Source: a virus (lineage: Duplodnaviria > Caudoviricetes). From it: a DNA stretch of 64,000 nt. Both the position numbers and the translations under genes were made by a program. The first letter of the stretch is position 1; every line of letters begins with the position of its first letter. A model generated the notes under the pieces. The model searched no databases. It was not told the DNA's origin and saw only the letters and a list, made by a program, of their open reading frames with translations. Below are positions 1-8,341 of this stretch, one piece after another. The stretch is from positions 32,001 through 96,000 of IMG/VR virus record IMGVR_UViG_3300021431_004524; one strand, written 5' to 3'.

Positions 1-975
1 ATTATAATCAACACAGAAGGTGCTAATACAGACCTTGCTGTAAACGTTGATGGTACTACAATTGTTAAAAATAGCGGTGCTTTGAAGGCTAACCTTACTC
101 TCGCAAAGTTAACTGCTGATGAAGTAACTGCACTTGCAGATGCTAATGTAAAAGAAGCATATAAGATTATCTATGCAACCGATAGCAACCGTACTGCCAT
201 TGGTGATACTGTAAAGATTTATAAAGATAGTGCATTGCATAGTGTTTATCTTGGTCACGTTGATGATGCTGTTAAAAGTACAACCGACCCAACTGTTGTT
301 CCTGGTACTGGTGATACTGCACTCTGCTTCATTTATCAGAAAGCTGATGGCACATATGAACTTATTGCTGTCAATGTTGAAAGTTTCTTACAGGAAAGTG
401 AATTTGCAGATGGCTTGCAGGTGAACAATCACGTTGTTTCTGTAAAATTAGATTCTAATTCTGAAAGATTCTTGACTGTTGGTACAAATGGCGTTAAGTT
501 AAGTGGCGTACAGGATGCTATTGCTGCTGCTGTTGCAGATTTAGATGCTACTCCTTCTCAGACTGCTGGTACTGATGGTCTTGCTTTGAGTCTGACTGAA
601 GTTAATGGTGTTGTAACTGCTATCAGTGGTTCTATTGCTGCTAACACATATGATGCATACGGTGCTGCTGCTGCTGCAAAGAGTGAGGTTATTGGTGAAA
701 GCACTGATGCTTCTTCTGCTGACACTATCAATGGTGCTAAGAAGTATGCTGCCGAGGCTGTTGCTGCTGCCGTTGAAGGCCTTGATGTAACTGACGCTGC
801 CGTTGCTAATCAGTTCGTTACTTCTGTTTCTGAAACTGATGGTAAAATTTTTGTAACACGTGCTCAGCCTGCTGCTGTCGGTGTAACTGTTGCTGATGAC
901 GATGGTTACTTCAGTGCAACAGATGTTGAAGGTGCTCTTGTTGAACTTGCAGCATTTGATTGCGGTACTTATTAA
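1..975 (+). CDS. Tail fibre / virion structural protein, 5'-truncated by the window edge
   Basis: Frame is open from base 1 (IIINTEGANTDLAVNVDGTTIVKNSGALKANL...). Ala/Thr/Asp/Val-rich, with a fibre-like C-terminal motif (GYFSATDVEGALVELA...DCGTY). Followed by a terminator. Confidence 0.55.
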   Translation: MIINTEGANTDLAVNVDGTTIVKNSGALKANLTLAKLTADEVTALADANVKEAYKIIYATDSNRTAIGDTVKIYKDSALHSVYLGHVDDAVKSTTDPTVVPGTGDTALCFIYQKADGTYELIAVNVESFLQESEFADGLQVNNHVVSVKLDSNSERFLTVGTNGVKLSGVQDAIAAAVADLDATPSQTAGTDGLALSLTEVNGVVTAISGSIAANTYDAYGAAAAAKSEVIGESTDASSADTINGAKKYAAEAVAAAVEGLDVTDAAVANQFVTSVSETDGKIFVTRAQPAAVGVTVADDDGYFSATDVEGALVELAAFDCGTY

Positions 976-1011
976 TAGATTATTTGAAAAACAATAACTT
1001 ACATAAAAATT

Positions 1012-1047
1012 AATTCCTGAGTATTAAAAGTTACTCAGGAATTTTTT
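1012..1047. terminator. Bidirectional intrinsic terminator
   Basis: AATTCCTGAGTA-8 nt-TACTCAGGAATT perfect 12-bp stem flanked by A and T runs, between convergent genes. Confidence 0.8.
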
Positions 1048-1049
1048 GT

Positions 1050-1532
1050 TTATAATAGTAATATTGTCATTGCCACTGCTATATATGAAATAACTTCAAA
1101 TATGAATGTGTATTTTTCTTTTTGGAAAAATGTCCATATACCACCAAGTAATGCAATTAGACTTAATGTAATCCATTGTCCCATTAATAATAACCAAGCA
1201 AGACCGGTAGCAAATGCAACCATTCCTGAAGTATAATGTATAGTACTCTCAAATTTTTCTTTAAATAATGGAGAACATCCTGCAAATATCATTCCACTAC
1301 ATGAAAGGAACACGACAAATTGGTAAAACTCCTGTGTAACGGTTATCCACAATGGAAATATGCACACTGCTGAAATAAAGCATATAGCCGTGAACGGCCA
1401 CATAACACCGAATTTATTTTTCGATATGTATGATGTTTCACTGATTGACTCCGGAACTCCTTTATTTAACCATATAAAGAAAGCGTTGTATAATACAAAA
1501 ATTATAAGTCCGACAATAAGTAATATCTTCAT
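1050..1532 (-). CDS. Integral membrane protein (about 5 TM segments), function unknown
   Basis: 160 aa with multiple long hydrophobic stretches. Confidence 0.7.
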   Translation of the reverse strand: MKILLIVGLIIFVLYNAFFIWLNKGVPESISETSYISKNKFGVMWPFTAICFISAVCIFPLWITVTQEFYQFVVFLSCSGMIFAGCSPLFKEKFESTIHYTSGMVAFATGLAWLLLMGQWITLSLIALLGGIWTFFQKEKYTFIFEVISYIAVAMTILLL

Positions 1533-1556
1533 TTTTAATATGTTATATAATAATAA

Positions 1557-3161
1557 TTAGTATGGAAAATCATTCTCAATTTCTTCAGCGTTAACTGTAA
1601 AATCATGGTCAATAATGTCAAATATATTGCCAATTACAACATTGTATTTCTTTGACACGAAATTATTGGAGTCTGTATCCTCATCAACAATTGCAAGTAT
1701 TCTATCCGGTATAACCCCATCCTCAATAAACTCATCAACCTCACTTTCAGTAAGTTGGTTAATTGCATTGTTGTACATTGTCAATTCAAGTTGAATTTCC
1801 TCTTTTTCCAATTGTTTCTGTCTTTCAAAGTAGTCAGCCTTTATCTTTTCCCAATCCATTCCTATTTCCTTGGCATATGGTGGAATCTTATCAACAGTTG
1901 TCCAGAATTTAATCTCCTTGTCTTCCATTGTCATAAGTTGTTCATATGTATCTTGGTCTGTCGGATTGTAAGGTTGGCCGGATACAAGTTGACATTCATC
2001 ATCAGTAAATTGTTTTCTGTCATCCGGATTACTTATCAAAATATTAGACACTTCCTTACCCTTTTCGTTTATCTTTGTACGGATATCACGTGAGAAACAT
2101 ACCAGCAACGGCTTGATTTTCTTATTGAACATTTCAACGTATTTATCTACGTTATATTCGAAATTATCATCACAGAAATGGTCATCCTCATCCTCAACAA
2201 TATCATTTGAAAGAAGAATACAATTGAATATAAGCCTATCTTCCTCTTTGAATGAATGTCCATATTGTATTTTACCGAAATCAGACTTCGTAATCCATTT
2301 CCCATTAGGCTGTTTCATTTCGTCTGGACGGTCTTTTTTTGCTTTGGTGTACAATCTTTCCAACTCCTTTGTAATATTGGCTTCTTGACCGTCTATTTCA
2401 GCGAAATAGTCAGTTACACGCTTCACATCAGAGTCACCTTTCTTTGAACCGGTGTTAATGTAGTAAATACTGTCACCCATGTTCACGTTTAGGTTATGTT
2501 TGATTGCGAGTTCATACCATGCTTGGCGTGCTTTTTTAGTACCGCCGGCTGTAAGTTGCTTGCAGTTCTCCTTGTAATTGGCAATTGATGTCTTGATTTT
2601 ACCAACTGTTGCAATATCTTTAAGCGGTATCTGAAGGTTGTATATCTTTTCTACATAATCATAGTATGCTTCAAGAAACTCCTTTCCTTTTCCTTCAAGT
2701 AACAGACGAATACCCTTATCAAAGAATTTCTCAATGTAAATTGGCATTTTCTTGGATTTAATTGAATTACCAACGAGTTTGATTTTACCATCCGGCATTA
2801 AGTCAGCATAGTTCTTACGTGAAAACTGTATGCACGCTTGGCAATACTCATCAACACCGAGTCCGTTCTTTAATATACCACCGTTATATGCTTCATACAT
2901 ATAAGTGTCTTCAAATTCCGCAACATCTGCTTCGACACGTGTATATTCTTTTCCTTCTTTCGTGTTACGACCCTTTCCTTTGCCTATATAGGGATGGTCT
3001 TTTGTATAACGGAAATTTTCTTCTTTTGGCATTTGGAAGTTGAAGCCATCGGTATTGGATATAACATTCATTCCAAGGGCGTTTACAACTGTACCGTCCA
3101 AAGAAATGTCATATACAACACCGACTTCCTCCTTTCCTTTAATTTTTTTACTGTTCAACAT
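1557..3161 (-). CDS. polB: Family B DNA polymerase, C-terminal half, fused to an N-terminal split-intein C fragment
   Basis: Begins with intein blocks F/G (VYDISLDG...GMNVISN), then TDGFNF (rest of motif C) and downstream PolB motifs (SRKNYA, KIKLVG). Confidence 0.9.
   Translation of the reverse strand: MLNSKKIKGKEEVGVVYDISLDGTVVNALGMNVISNTDGFNFQMPKEENFRYTKDHPYIGKGKGRNTKEGKEYTRVEADVAEFEDTYMYEAYNGGILKNGLGVDEYCQACIQFSRKNYADLMPDGKIKLVGNSIKSKKMPIYIEKFFDKGIRLLLEGKGKEFLEAYYDYVEKIYNLQIPLKDIATVGKIKTSIANYKENCKQLTAGGTKKARQAWYELAIKHNLNVNMGDSIYYINTGSKKGDSDVKRVTDYFAEIDGQEANITKELERLYTKAKKDRPDEMKQPNGKWITKSDFGKIQYGHSFKEEDRLIFNCILLSNDIVEDEDDHFCDDNFEYNVDKYVEMFNKKIKPLLVCFSRDIRTKINEKGKEVSNILISNPDDRKQFTDDECQLVSGQPYNPTDQDTYEQLMTMEDKEIKFWTTVDKIPPYAKEIGMDWEKIKADYFERQKQLEKEEIQLELTMYNNAINQLTESEVDEFIEDGVIPDRILAIVDEDTDSNNFVSKKYNVVIGNIFDIIDHDFTVNAEEIENDFPY
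3054..3161 (-). mobile_element. Split intein C-fragment (IntC, 36 aa)
   Basis: MLNSKKIKGKEEVGVVYDISLDGTVVNALGMNVISN|T: VYD block F, terminal Asn, +1 Thr. Confidence 0.85.
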
Positions 3162-3178
3162 ATTGTTTATATTTTATA

Positions 3179-3210
3179 CAAAGATACTATTTACTTTTTA
3201 AAAATACAAA
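3179..3210 (-). promoter_or_regulatory. Bacteroidetes sigma70-type promoter for the IntC-PolB C-half
   Basis: Minus strand TTTG-N20-TATCTTTG, matching the Bacteroides -33/-7 consensus, just upstream of ATG 3161. Confidence 0.7.
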
Positions 3211-3219
3211 TTTTGAGCG

Positions 3220-5103
3220 TTAATCTTTCTTAAACCACTTATAGACAGCAGTTCCACAATCATAAATTCTATACCATTTTTGTTGTTTACAAAATTCACT
3301 TTCGCTCATATCTTCAGGACACCCATATTTTTTTACAAGGACACTTTTTCTATAATTGAATCTGTTTTTTCTTACATCACCAATTACGTAATAATAGTTT
3401 GGTTTAGAAAAATGACTAAATGTAAATCCAAGATTCTCATATAAGTTTCCCTTTGACCATCTTCTGTCTGCGTATGATACCACATTACTAGGATGATATT
3501 TTTCTATAAAATACTTAAATAATTTTGATGCCCCACCTATGACTTGTGTATTGATTTTATTACAAAATCTTAATAATTCATATTGCATCTTACCGTCACC
3601 AATAAAATGCCTTGATTTACCGAATGTCATTAATGATACTAATTCATCGCTATAATATAAGCCCAATTTAATTTGGCTTGGACACCATCCTTGTATGTGA
3701 TTTTTATTAAGAAAATCTGTACATTCTTTTGTCCCTATTTCTTTAACAATACACTTTCTTGCATATATTTTATTATCAGTTTTATTTAAAAGATTAGAAA
3801 TCATAGATTTCCATATCTCTTTTTTATAAATCCATTCGTCTTCAAATATATGAATTAATCTAATACCATGTTTTTCACATTCTAATGTTTTCCACAAATG
3901 ATAATCATTTGGTCTGTTATTTTCATTATGCCAGAATACACCGTCGAATTCAAAAGCCATTTTCATAGATGGAATGTAAATGTCGAGTTCTTTTCCATCA
4001 AGAATAGTTCTATCATTATTGTAAATGTCTGTATATCCAAGTGTTTTAATAAATTCAGCGATTTCCTTTTCTTTTGAAGATGAGTTACAATTATGATATG
4101 GACAGCCATGACCTTGTAAGAATGAATTAGCCTCAATAGAAAATGTACGTCCGCATTCATTACATTTTACTTCAACTTTCTTATCTGATGCTATATATTT
4201 ACTCAATACTGTGTATTTATTATCTCCATGTATTAGTTCAGCATCTTTTATAAACTGTTCTGTCGTTTTTGTTTTATTTTTAGCAATAAGGATTTTATTA
4301 CATTCCGGACATGGGTCTCCTTTTAAGGAATTATTAAAAAATGTGTTTGCTTTTCTTGTAAATTCATGACCGCATGTTCGACATGTACACTTCATTGGTT
4401 TCATTGTGCCGTCATATGATGTATAATCCACCATTATTGACGGATATAGTTCATTCATTCGTTTTTTAACTTCTTCTAAAGGTAAACGTTGTTTTGCACC
4501 GCTTTTTCTACCGGCGCATTTTTTACAGGAATAAACACCAATCAAAATGTTAGAAATCTTTTTAAAATCTTCTTTACCACAGGTTTTACATTTAACTGAA
4601 ACACGGTCTTTTTTTATATTTTTTTCTCCTTCAAATTGTTCAATATCAAAACCTTCAATTTTTTCTATCAATTCATTATATGAAATGGTTTCTTTTGGCA
4701 ATTCTTTACACCAACACCCGCCTGTTTTAGAACTTACAAAATCACAAGCGATTTTTACAAAAGTTTTACCACATAAATTACATTTAACCGTTATTTTACT
4801 ATGACTGTTTTCATATTCTTTATCTATATTAGGAAAAGAATACCGGTCACCAAATCGTTCCTTAGCCGTTTGAACAAAATTTTTCCATTTATTTTTAGAA
4901 TATGTTGCGGCATATTTTTTACCACACTCAGGACAACCTTGACCTTGTAAATGATTATGCGGTGTCTGCTGAAATCGATAACCACATTTTTTATGTGTCA
5001 TCCACATTTTAATTTTAGTTTTAATATAACTGTCTGGTTCATAGATATATTCATCCCCATGAACTTCACGTGCTTTATTTTCAAACCATTCGTAATTGTG
5101 CAT
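3220..5103 (-). CDS. Free-standing putative homing endonuclease: 5 Zn-ribbon repeats + PD-(D/E)xK (Vsr/DUF559-like) domain + C-terminal GNAT/Mom-like domain
   Basis: Repeated ~60-aa units ending CxxC; ELDIYIP...AFEFDGVFWH...LIHIFEDEW nuclease motif; C-terminal YELLRFC...VVSYADRRWS.GNLY. Lies between the polymerase halves. Confidence 0.75.
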   Translation of the reverse strand: MHNYEWFENKAREVHGDEYIYEPDSYIKTKIKMWMTHKKCGYRFQQTPHNHLQGQGCPECGKKYAATYSKNKWKNFVQTAKERFGDRYSFPNIDKEYENSHSKITVKCNLCGKTFVKIACDFVSSKTGGCWCKELPKETISYNELIEKIEGFDIEQFEGEKNIKKDRVSVKCKTCGKEDFKKISNILIGVYSCKKCAGRKSGAKQRLPLEEVKKRMNELYPSIMVDYTSYDGTMKPMKCTCRTCGHEFTRKANTFFNNSLKGDPCPECNKILIAKNKTKTTEQFIKDAELIHGDNKYTVLSKYIASDKKVEVKCNECGRTFSIEANSFLQGHGCPYHNCNSSSKEKEIAEFIKTLGYTDIYNNDRTILDGKELDIYIPSMKMAFEFDGVFWHNENNRPNDYHLWKTLECEKHGIRLIHIFEDEWIYKKEIWKSMISNLLNKTDNKIYARKCIVKEIGTKECTDFLNKNHIQGWCPSQIKLGLYYSDELVSLMTFGKSRHFIGDGKMQYELLRFCNKINTQVIGGASKLFKYFIEKYHPSNVVSYADRRWSKGNLYENLGFTFSHFSKPNYYYVIGDVRKNRFNYRKSVLVKKYGCPEDMSESEFCKQQKWYRIYDCGTAVYKWFKKD

Positions 5104-5176
5104 ATATATTTGTGTTATATTAATAAATATATACCAATGTGTAATTATTCATCAATATTTAATTCTTTTTAATGAC

Positions 5177-7681
5177 TTATATACAACTCCTTAAATATAA
5201 TATACCGGCAATTAATGTTTTGCATTCCGAAACTTTGGATAAATCCATTTTTGAAAGAAATTCTTTTTTACATTCGACTGTAGCATTAAGCAAATCAATT
5301 GGTATTGCATTAAGTCTACCGTTTGATAAAAGTTTTGAATATTTATCTATTCGTATTTCATCTATTACAATCTGATTATTTGAAATATTGTTATTATAAT
5401 ATTCTAATTTTGTATCAGAATTAATTTCAGATGGTTTGATTTTTTCTTGTTTTTCATTAAACAAACTATGGTCTTCAGTAACATCAATACTCATTTTAAC
5501 TTCATCGTCGCTAATTCTGTATATGGGTTTTGTGGTTTTATGACGGTAGATATAAGATGGTTCTACCCACCCGCTTCTGCAAAGCACTTTGAAATCTTTT
5601 TTTGAATAATCATATTCTCTACCTAAACCATCAAATTCTATTTTATCTTCATTAACAAGTTCTGAGATTGGTTTAATGTCAATTAATCCACTATTATTGT
5701 ATTTTATAAATAATGGAGTGTCCTCTGTAAATGAATCTCCCACTATTGGGGTATAACCAATATTTGTAAAATGAGAAATCATAAGACGAAGCATTTGTCG
5801 ACCAGTACAAGTTGTTTCCTCTGCACATTCAAGGTCAGACCAAGGAAATATGCCACCCGAACCATAAGACCCAAAAAAGCCGTTCCCCACAACCTTCAAA
5901 GGTAATTGCATCTTATCATTACGCATCTTAAGCATTTTGGCTGTTTGCTGCTTATCTTTCAGGTCGTTAAGCATTGCTTCTGTAAGTCTATCTATCTCTT
6001 CTTTAATACGTTTTGCTATTTCATCAGCCTCATCACCATATTTACCTTTAAGTTCTTTATAGTATTCACGTTGAGTAAGAATATAGTTAAGAAGAGCAGA
6101 CATCACATCCATAAGGTCAATTTCAGACCTAATCCCAAACGTGAGAATAATTGACGGATAAAGTGAATTATAGTCAAGTTTTACAATTCTATCAACATAG
6201 CCGACTTTAAGTAATCGGGACAAACCGCCAGTAAATGCTTTCTGTTGAATTAATTCAGGTACAGCCAAGTTATTTTCATAACTCCATGCAAGCATAATAT
6301 ATTTCCAAATAGCGGCAGTACCCATTGTACACATCTTTTCATAAGATACCGGAAGCATCTTACCTACAAGATAGTTAGACTGATTGTATCGTAATTCAAT
6401 TTTATCAGTTTCCCACAAGTCATCAAGAAGATAACGTTGTACTACATATCTACCGGTGACAAATTCAAATTTTTCATCATTTTCATTGTCAATGAGCATT
6501 TGTTTACCGTCTTCCTCATACCTATTATATCTTAATTGACCATCAGAAGTTGTTTTGGCAAGTAATTTTTCATCGACTTTGAACCAATGTCCGTTTTCAT
6601 CATTAAATGCATAGTCCGGATTTAAATCTTCCCATGTCGTGTTAATTATTTTACCCGGAACATAAACACGATTCTTCTTGGCAATATTTGAATATTTGGT
6701 TACATATTTCAATGTTGCCGATTTCATATTTGAATCGAGTGCTTGAGCACGTCTTACAGCAAACAATGAATCAGTAAGGTTTGTTCCCCACATTACAGTT
6801 GGGAAGTAATATTCCATTTCACCGCCAAGTTTAAGGACTTGCTGTTTCTTTTTCTTATATACACCCTTTCTGAAATATTTAAGAGTGAAATCACCCATTT
6901 TAATATCAGCAAGACTAAGACGGACATCAACAAAATTCCAGTCAAAGTTTTCTGTGTTATGCCCGGTTATGATATCCGGTTGTAATTCCTTGATTATTTC
7001 AAAAAATTCACATATTGCCGCTAATTCGTTCTTACGTTTTTCCTTACCTGTACCGGTAACTGTGATGATTTTCTCAAATCCTTTGTTTGTCCTAATACCA
7101 ATTTGGCTGATTGCATGGATTTGTGGGTCAAGTCCTTCCGTCTCCAAGTCCCATTCCATTCGTAGAAGGTCATCATAATCATCATATCCTTTAAACATTC
7201 TACGTCCGGTTTGTATCATATACTGTTCAACAGGAGAAACAGCAATATATTCCTTTAATCCGTAATTTTTATCACGTTGTCTAGGATATACCGGTCTTCC
7301 CGCTTTTTTGAAAAAATCCATGAATTTAGAATAGGTCATAGGAACTTTTGCATAGAACATAAGTTTATAACCATTCTTCATGCGTTCCGGTTCTGAACCG
7401 TCATCACGTGTAGTTCTTAATGCTTTTACACCGATTCCATATTCAGACAAGTTAAGTCTTATCTGTTTTCTGTCACCATTGAATAAGTTTTGTGCGGTTG
7501 TTTCTTTACACCATATAAAAGGGAAGAAATTGTCTCTTTTAATACGTTTTTTCCCTTGTTCGTCACGATAGATAATACTTACCTTATCATCATTGTATTC
7601 ACATTCTATCTTAATAATCCTTTCCATTGGGTCAGAACCAGATAAAAATGCATCAATCTGTTCTTTTGTAACTTTTGACAT
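5177..7681 (-). CDS. polB: Family B DNA polymerase, N-terminal half (3'-5' exonuclease + motifs A/B), fused to a C-terminal split-intein N fragment
   Basis: ExoI WDLETEG, ExoII GHNTENFD, motif A LDYNSLYPSII, motif B KVVGNGFFG; motif C breaks after IVGD, followed by intein block A SFTEDTP. Confidence 0.92.
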   Translation of the reverse strand: MSKVTKEQIDAFLSGSDPMERIIKIECEYNDDKVSIIYRDEQGKKRIKRDNFFPFIWCKETTAQNLFNGDRKQIRLNLSEYGIGVKALRTTRDDGSEPERMKNGYKLMFYAKVPMTYSKFMDFFKKAGRPVYPRQRDKNYGLKEYIAVSPVEQYMIQTGRRMFKGYDDYDDLLRMEWDLETEGLDPQIHAISQIGIRTNKGFEKIITVTGTGKEKRKNELAAICEFFEIIKELQPDIITGHNTENFDWNFVDVRLSLADIKMGDFTLKYFRKGVYKKKKQQVLKLGGEMEYYFPTVMWGTNLTDSLFAVRRAQALDSNMKSATLKYVTKYSNIAKKNRVYVPGKIINTTWEDLNPDYAFNDENGHWFKVDEKLLAKTTSDGQLRYNRYEEDGKQMLIDNENDEKFEFVTGRYVVQRYLLDDLWETDKIELRYNQSNYLVGKMLPVSYEKMCTMGTAAIWKYIMLAWSYENNLAVPELIQQKAFTGGLSRLLKVGYVDRIVKLDYNSLYPSIILTFGIRSEIDLMDVMSALLNYILTQREYYKELKGKYGDEADEIAKRIKEEIDRLTEAMLNDLKDKQQTAKMLKMRNDKMQLPLKVVGNGFFGSYGSGGIFPWSDLECAEETTCTGRQMLRLMISHFTNIGYTPIVGDSFTEDTPLFIKYNNSGLIDIKPISELVNEDKIEFDGLGREYDYSKKDFKVLCRSGWVEPSYIYRHKTTKPIYRISDDEVKMSIDVTEDHSLFNEKQEKIKPSEINSDTKLEYYNNNISNNQIVIDEIRIDKYSKLLSNGRLNAIPIDLLNATVECKKEFLSKMDLSKVSECKTLIAGILYLRSCI
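5180..5734 (-). mobile_element. Split intein N-fragment (IntN, 185 aa, Ser1)
   Basis: SFTEDTPLFIK (block A) ... DVTEDHSLF (block B TxxH). No C-terminal Asn block before the stop. Confidence 0.85.
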
Positions 7682-7753
7682 GATTATTTTTAATTAATTC
7701 TTATTTAATCCAGTTAAGCCACACCTACATGGGCATCATGGATATTTCTACGG

Positions 7754-7785
7754 CAAATATACTGTAAATATTCTATATTTCCAAG
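7754..7785 (-). promoter_or_regulatory. Bacteroidetes-type promoter for the polB N-half
   Basis: Minus strand CTTG-N20-TATATTTG upstream of ATG 7681. Confidence 0.6.
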
Positions 7786-7883
7786 TAATTAAATGTTAAA
7801 TTTATATAATATTTATAATTGATATGAATATTATATTAATGGTAAAGTAGCACAAAAGAGAATTGTAATACAGAAGAAATAAA

Positions 7884-8285
7884 CTATTTTTTTATCCCAC
7901 TGTCACTTATAGTAATAATCAAATCTTCGGCAATTGGTGCAATTAATTCGCCTTTTGGAAAAGTCATTCCATCAATTGAAATATTATCATCGAATTTAAT
8001 CTTAAATTGTCCTATATAGTTACCGGGGGTATCTGTATCACGTTTGTTCCAACGATATTCAATTACATAGGCTTCTTCACAACCAGTATCTTCTTTTTCC
8101 ACTACATATGCTTTTGCATTGGCAATTTTCTTAACGCCTGTTTCCATATTGGTCATCGTAAATGTAACTGTTGCTGCTTGAAGCGCAAGATAAGCCTTGC
8201 GGAAGTCGTTTCTTCCGTCGTTTATTACCTCCATACGTAAATTTGGAAGAGTTGAGTTTTTTGCTAAAAAGAAATATTGTGCCAT
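7884..8285 (-). CDS. Virion structural protein, BppU N-terminal-like
   Basis: LPNLRMEV...ATVTFTM...IEYRW..RDTDTPGNYIGQFKI...TFP pattern resembles baseplate upper protein N-domains. Confidence 0.45.
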   Translation of the reverse strand: MAQYFFLAKNSTLPNLRMEVINDGRNDFRKAYLALQAATVTFTMTNMETGVKKIANAKAYVVEKEDTGCEEAYVIEYRWNKRDTDTPGNYIGQFKIKFDDNISIDGMTFPKGELIAPIAEDLIITISDSGIKK

Positions 8286-8306
8286 ATCAAGTTAATTCTA
8301 TTTTAG

Positions 8307-8318
8307 ATAAATATTTAT
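8307..8318. promoter_or_regulatory. Palindromic double copy of the candidate late-promoter motif (ATAAATATTTAT)
   Basis: Perfect palindrome giving ATATTTAT on both strands between two divergent structural genes. Confidence 0.45.
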
Positions 8319-8341
8319 TAAAATAAAGATAATATGAAAAT

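Noticed and set aside
3162-5176. Group I intron interrupting polB
   Set aside because: Non-coding spacers are only 58 and 73 nt and AT-rich, leaving no room for a ribozyme core. Intein motifs on both halves explain the split.
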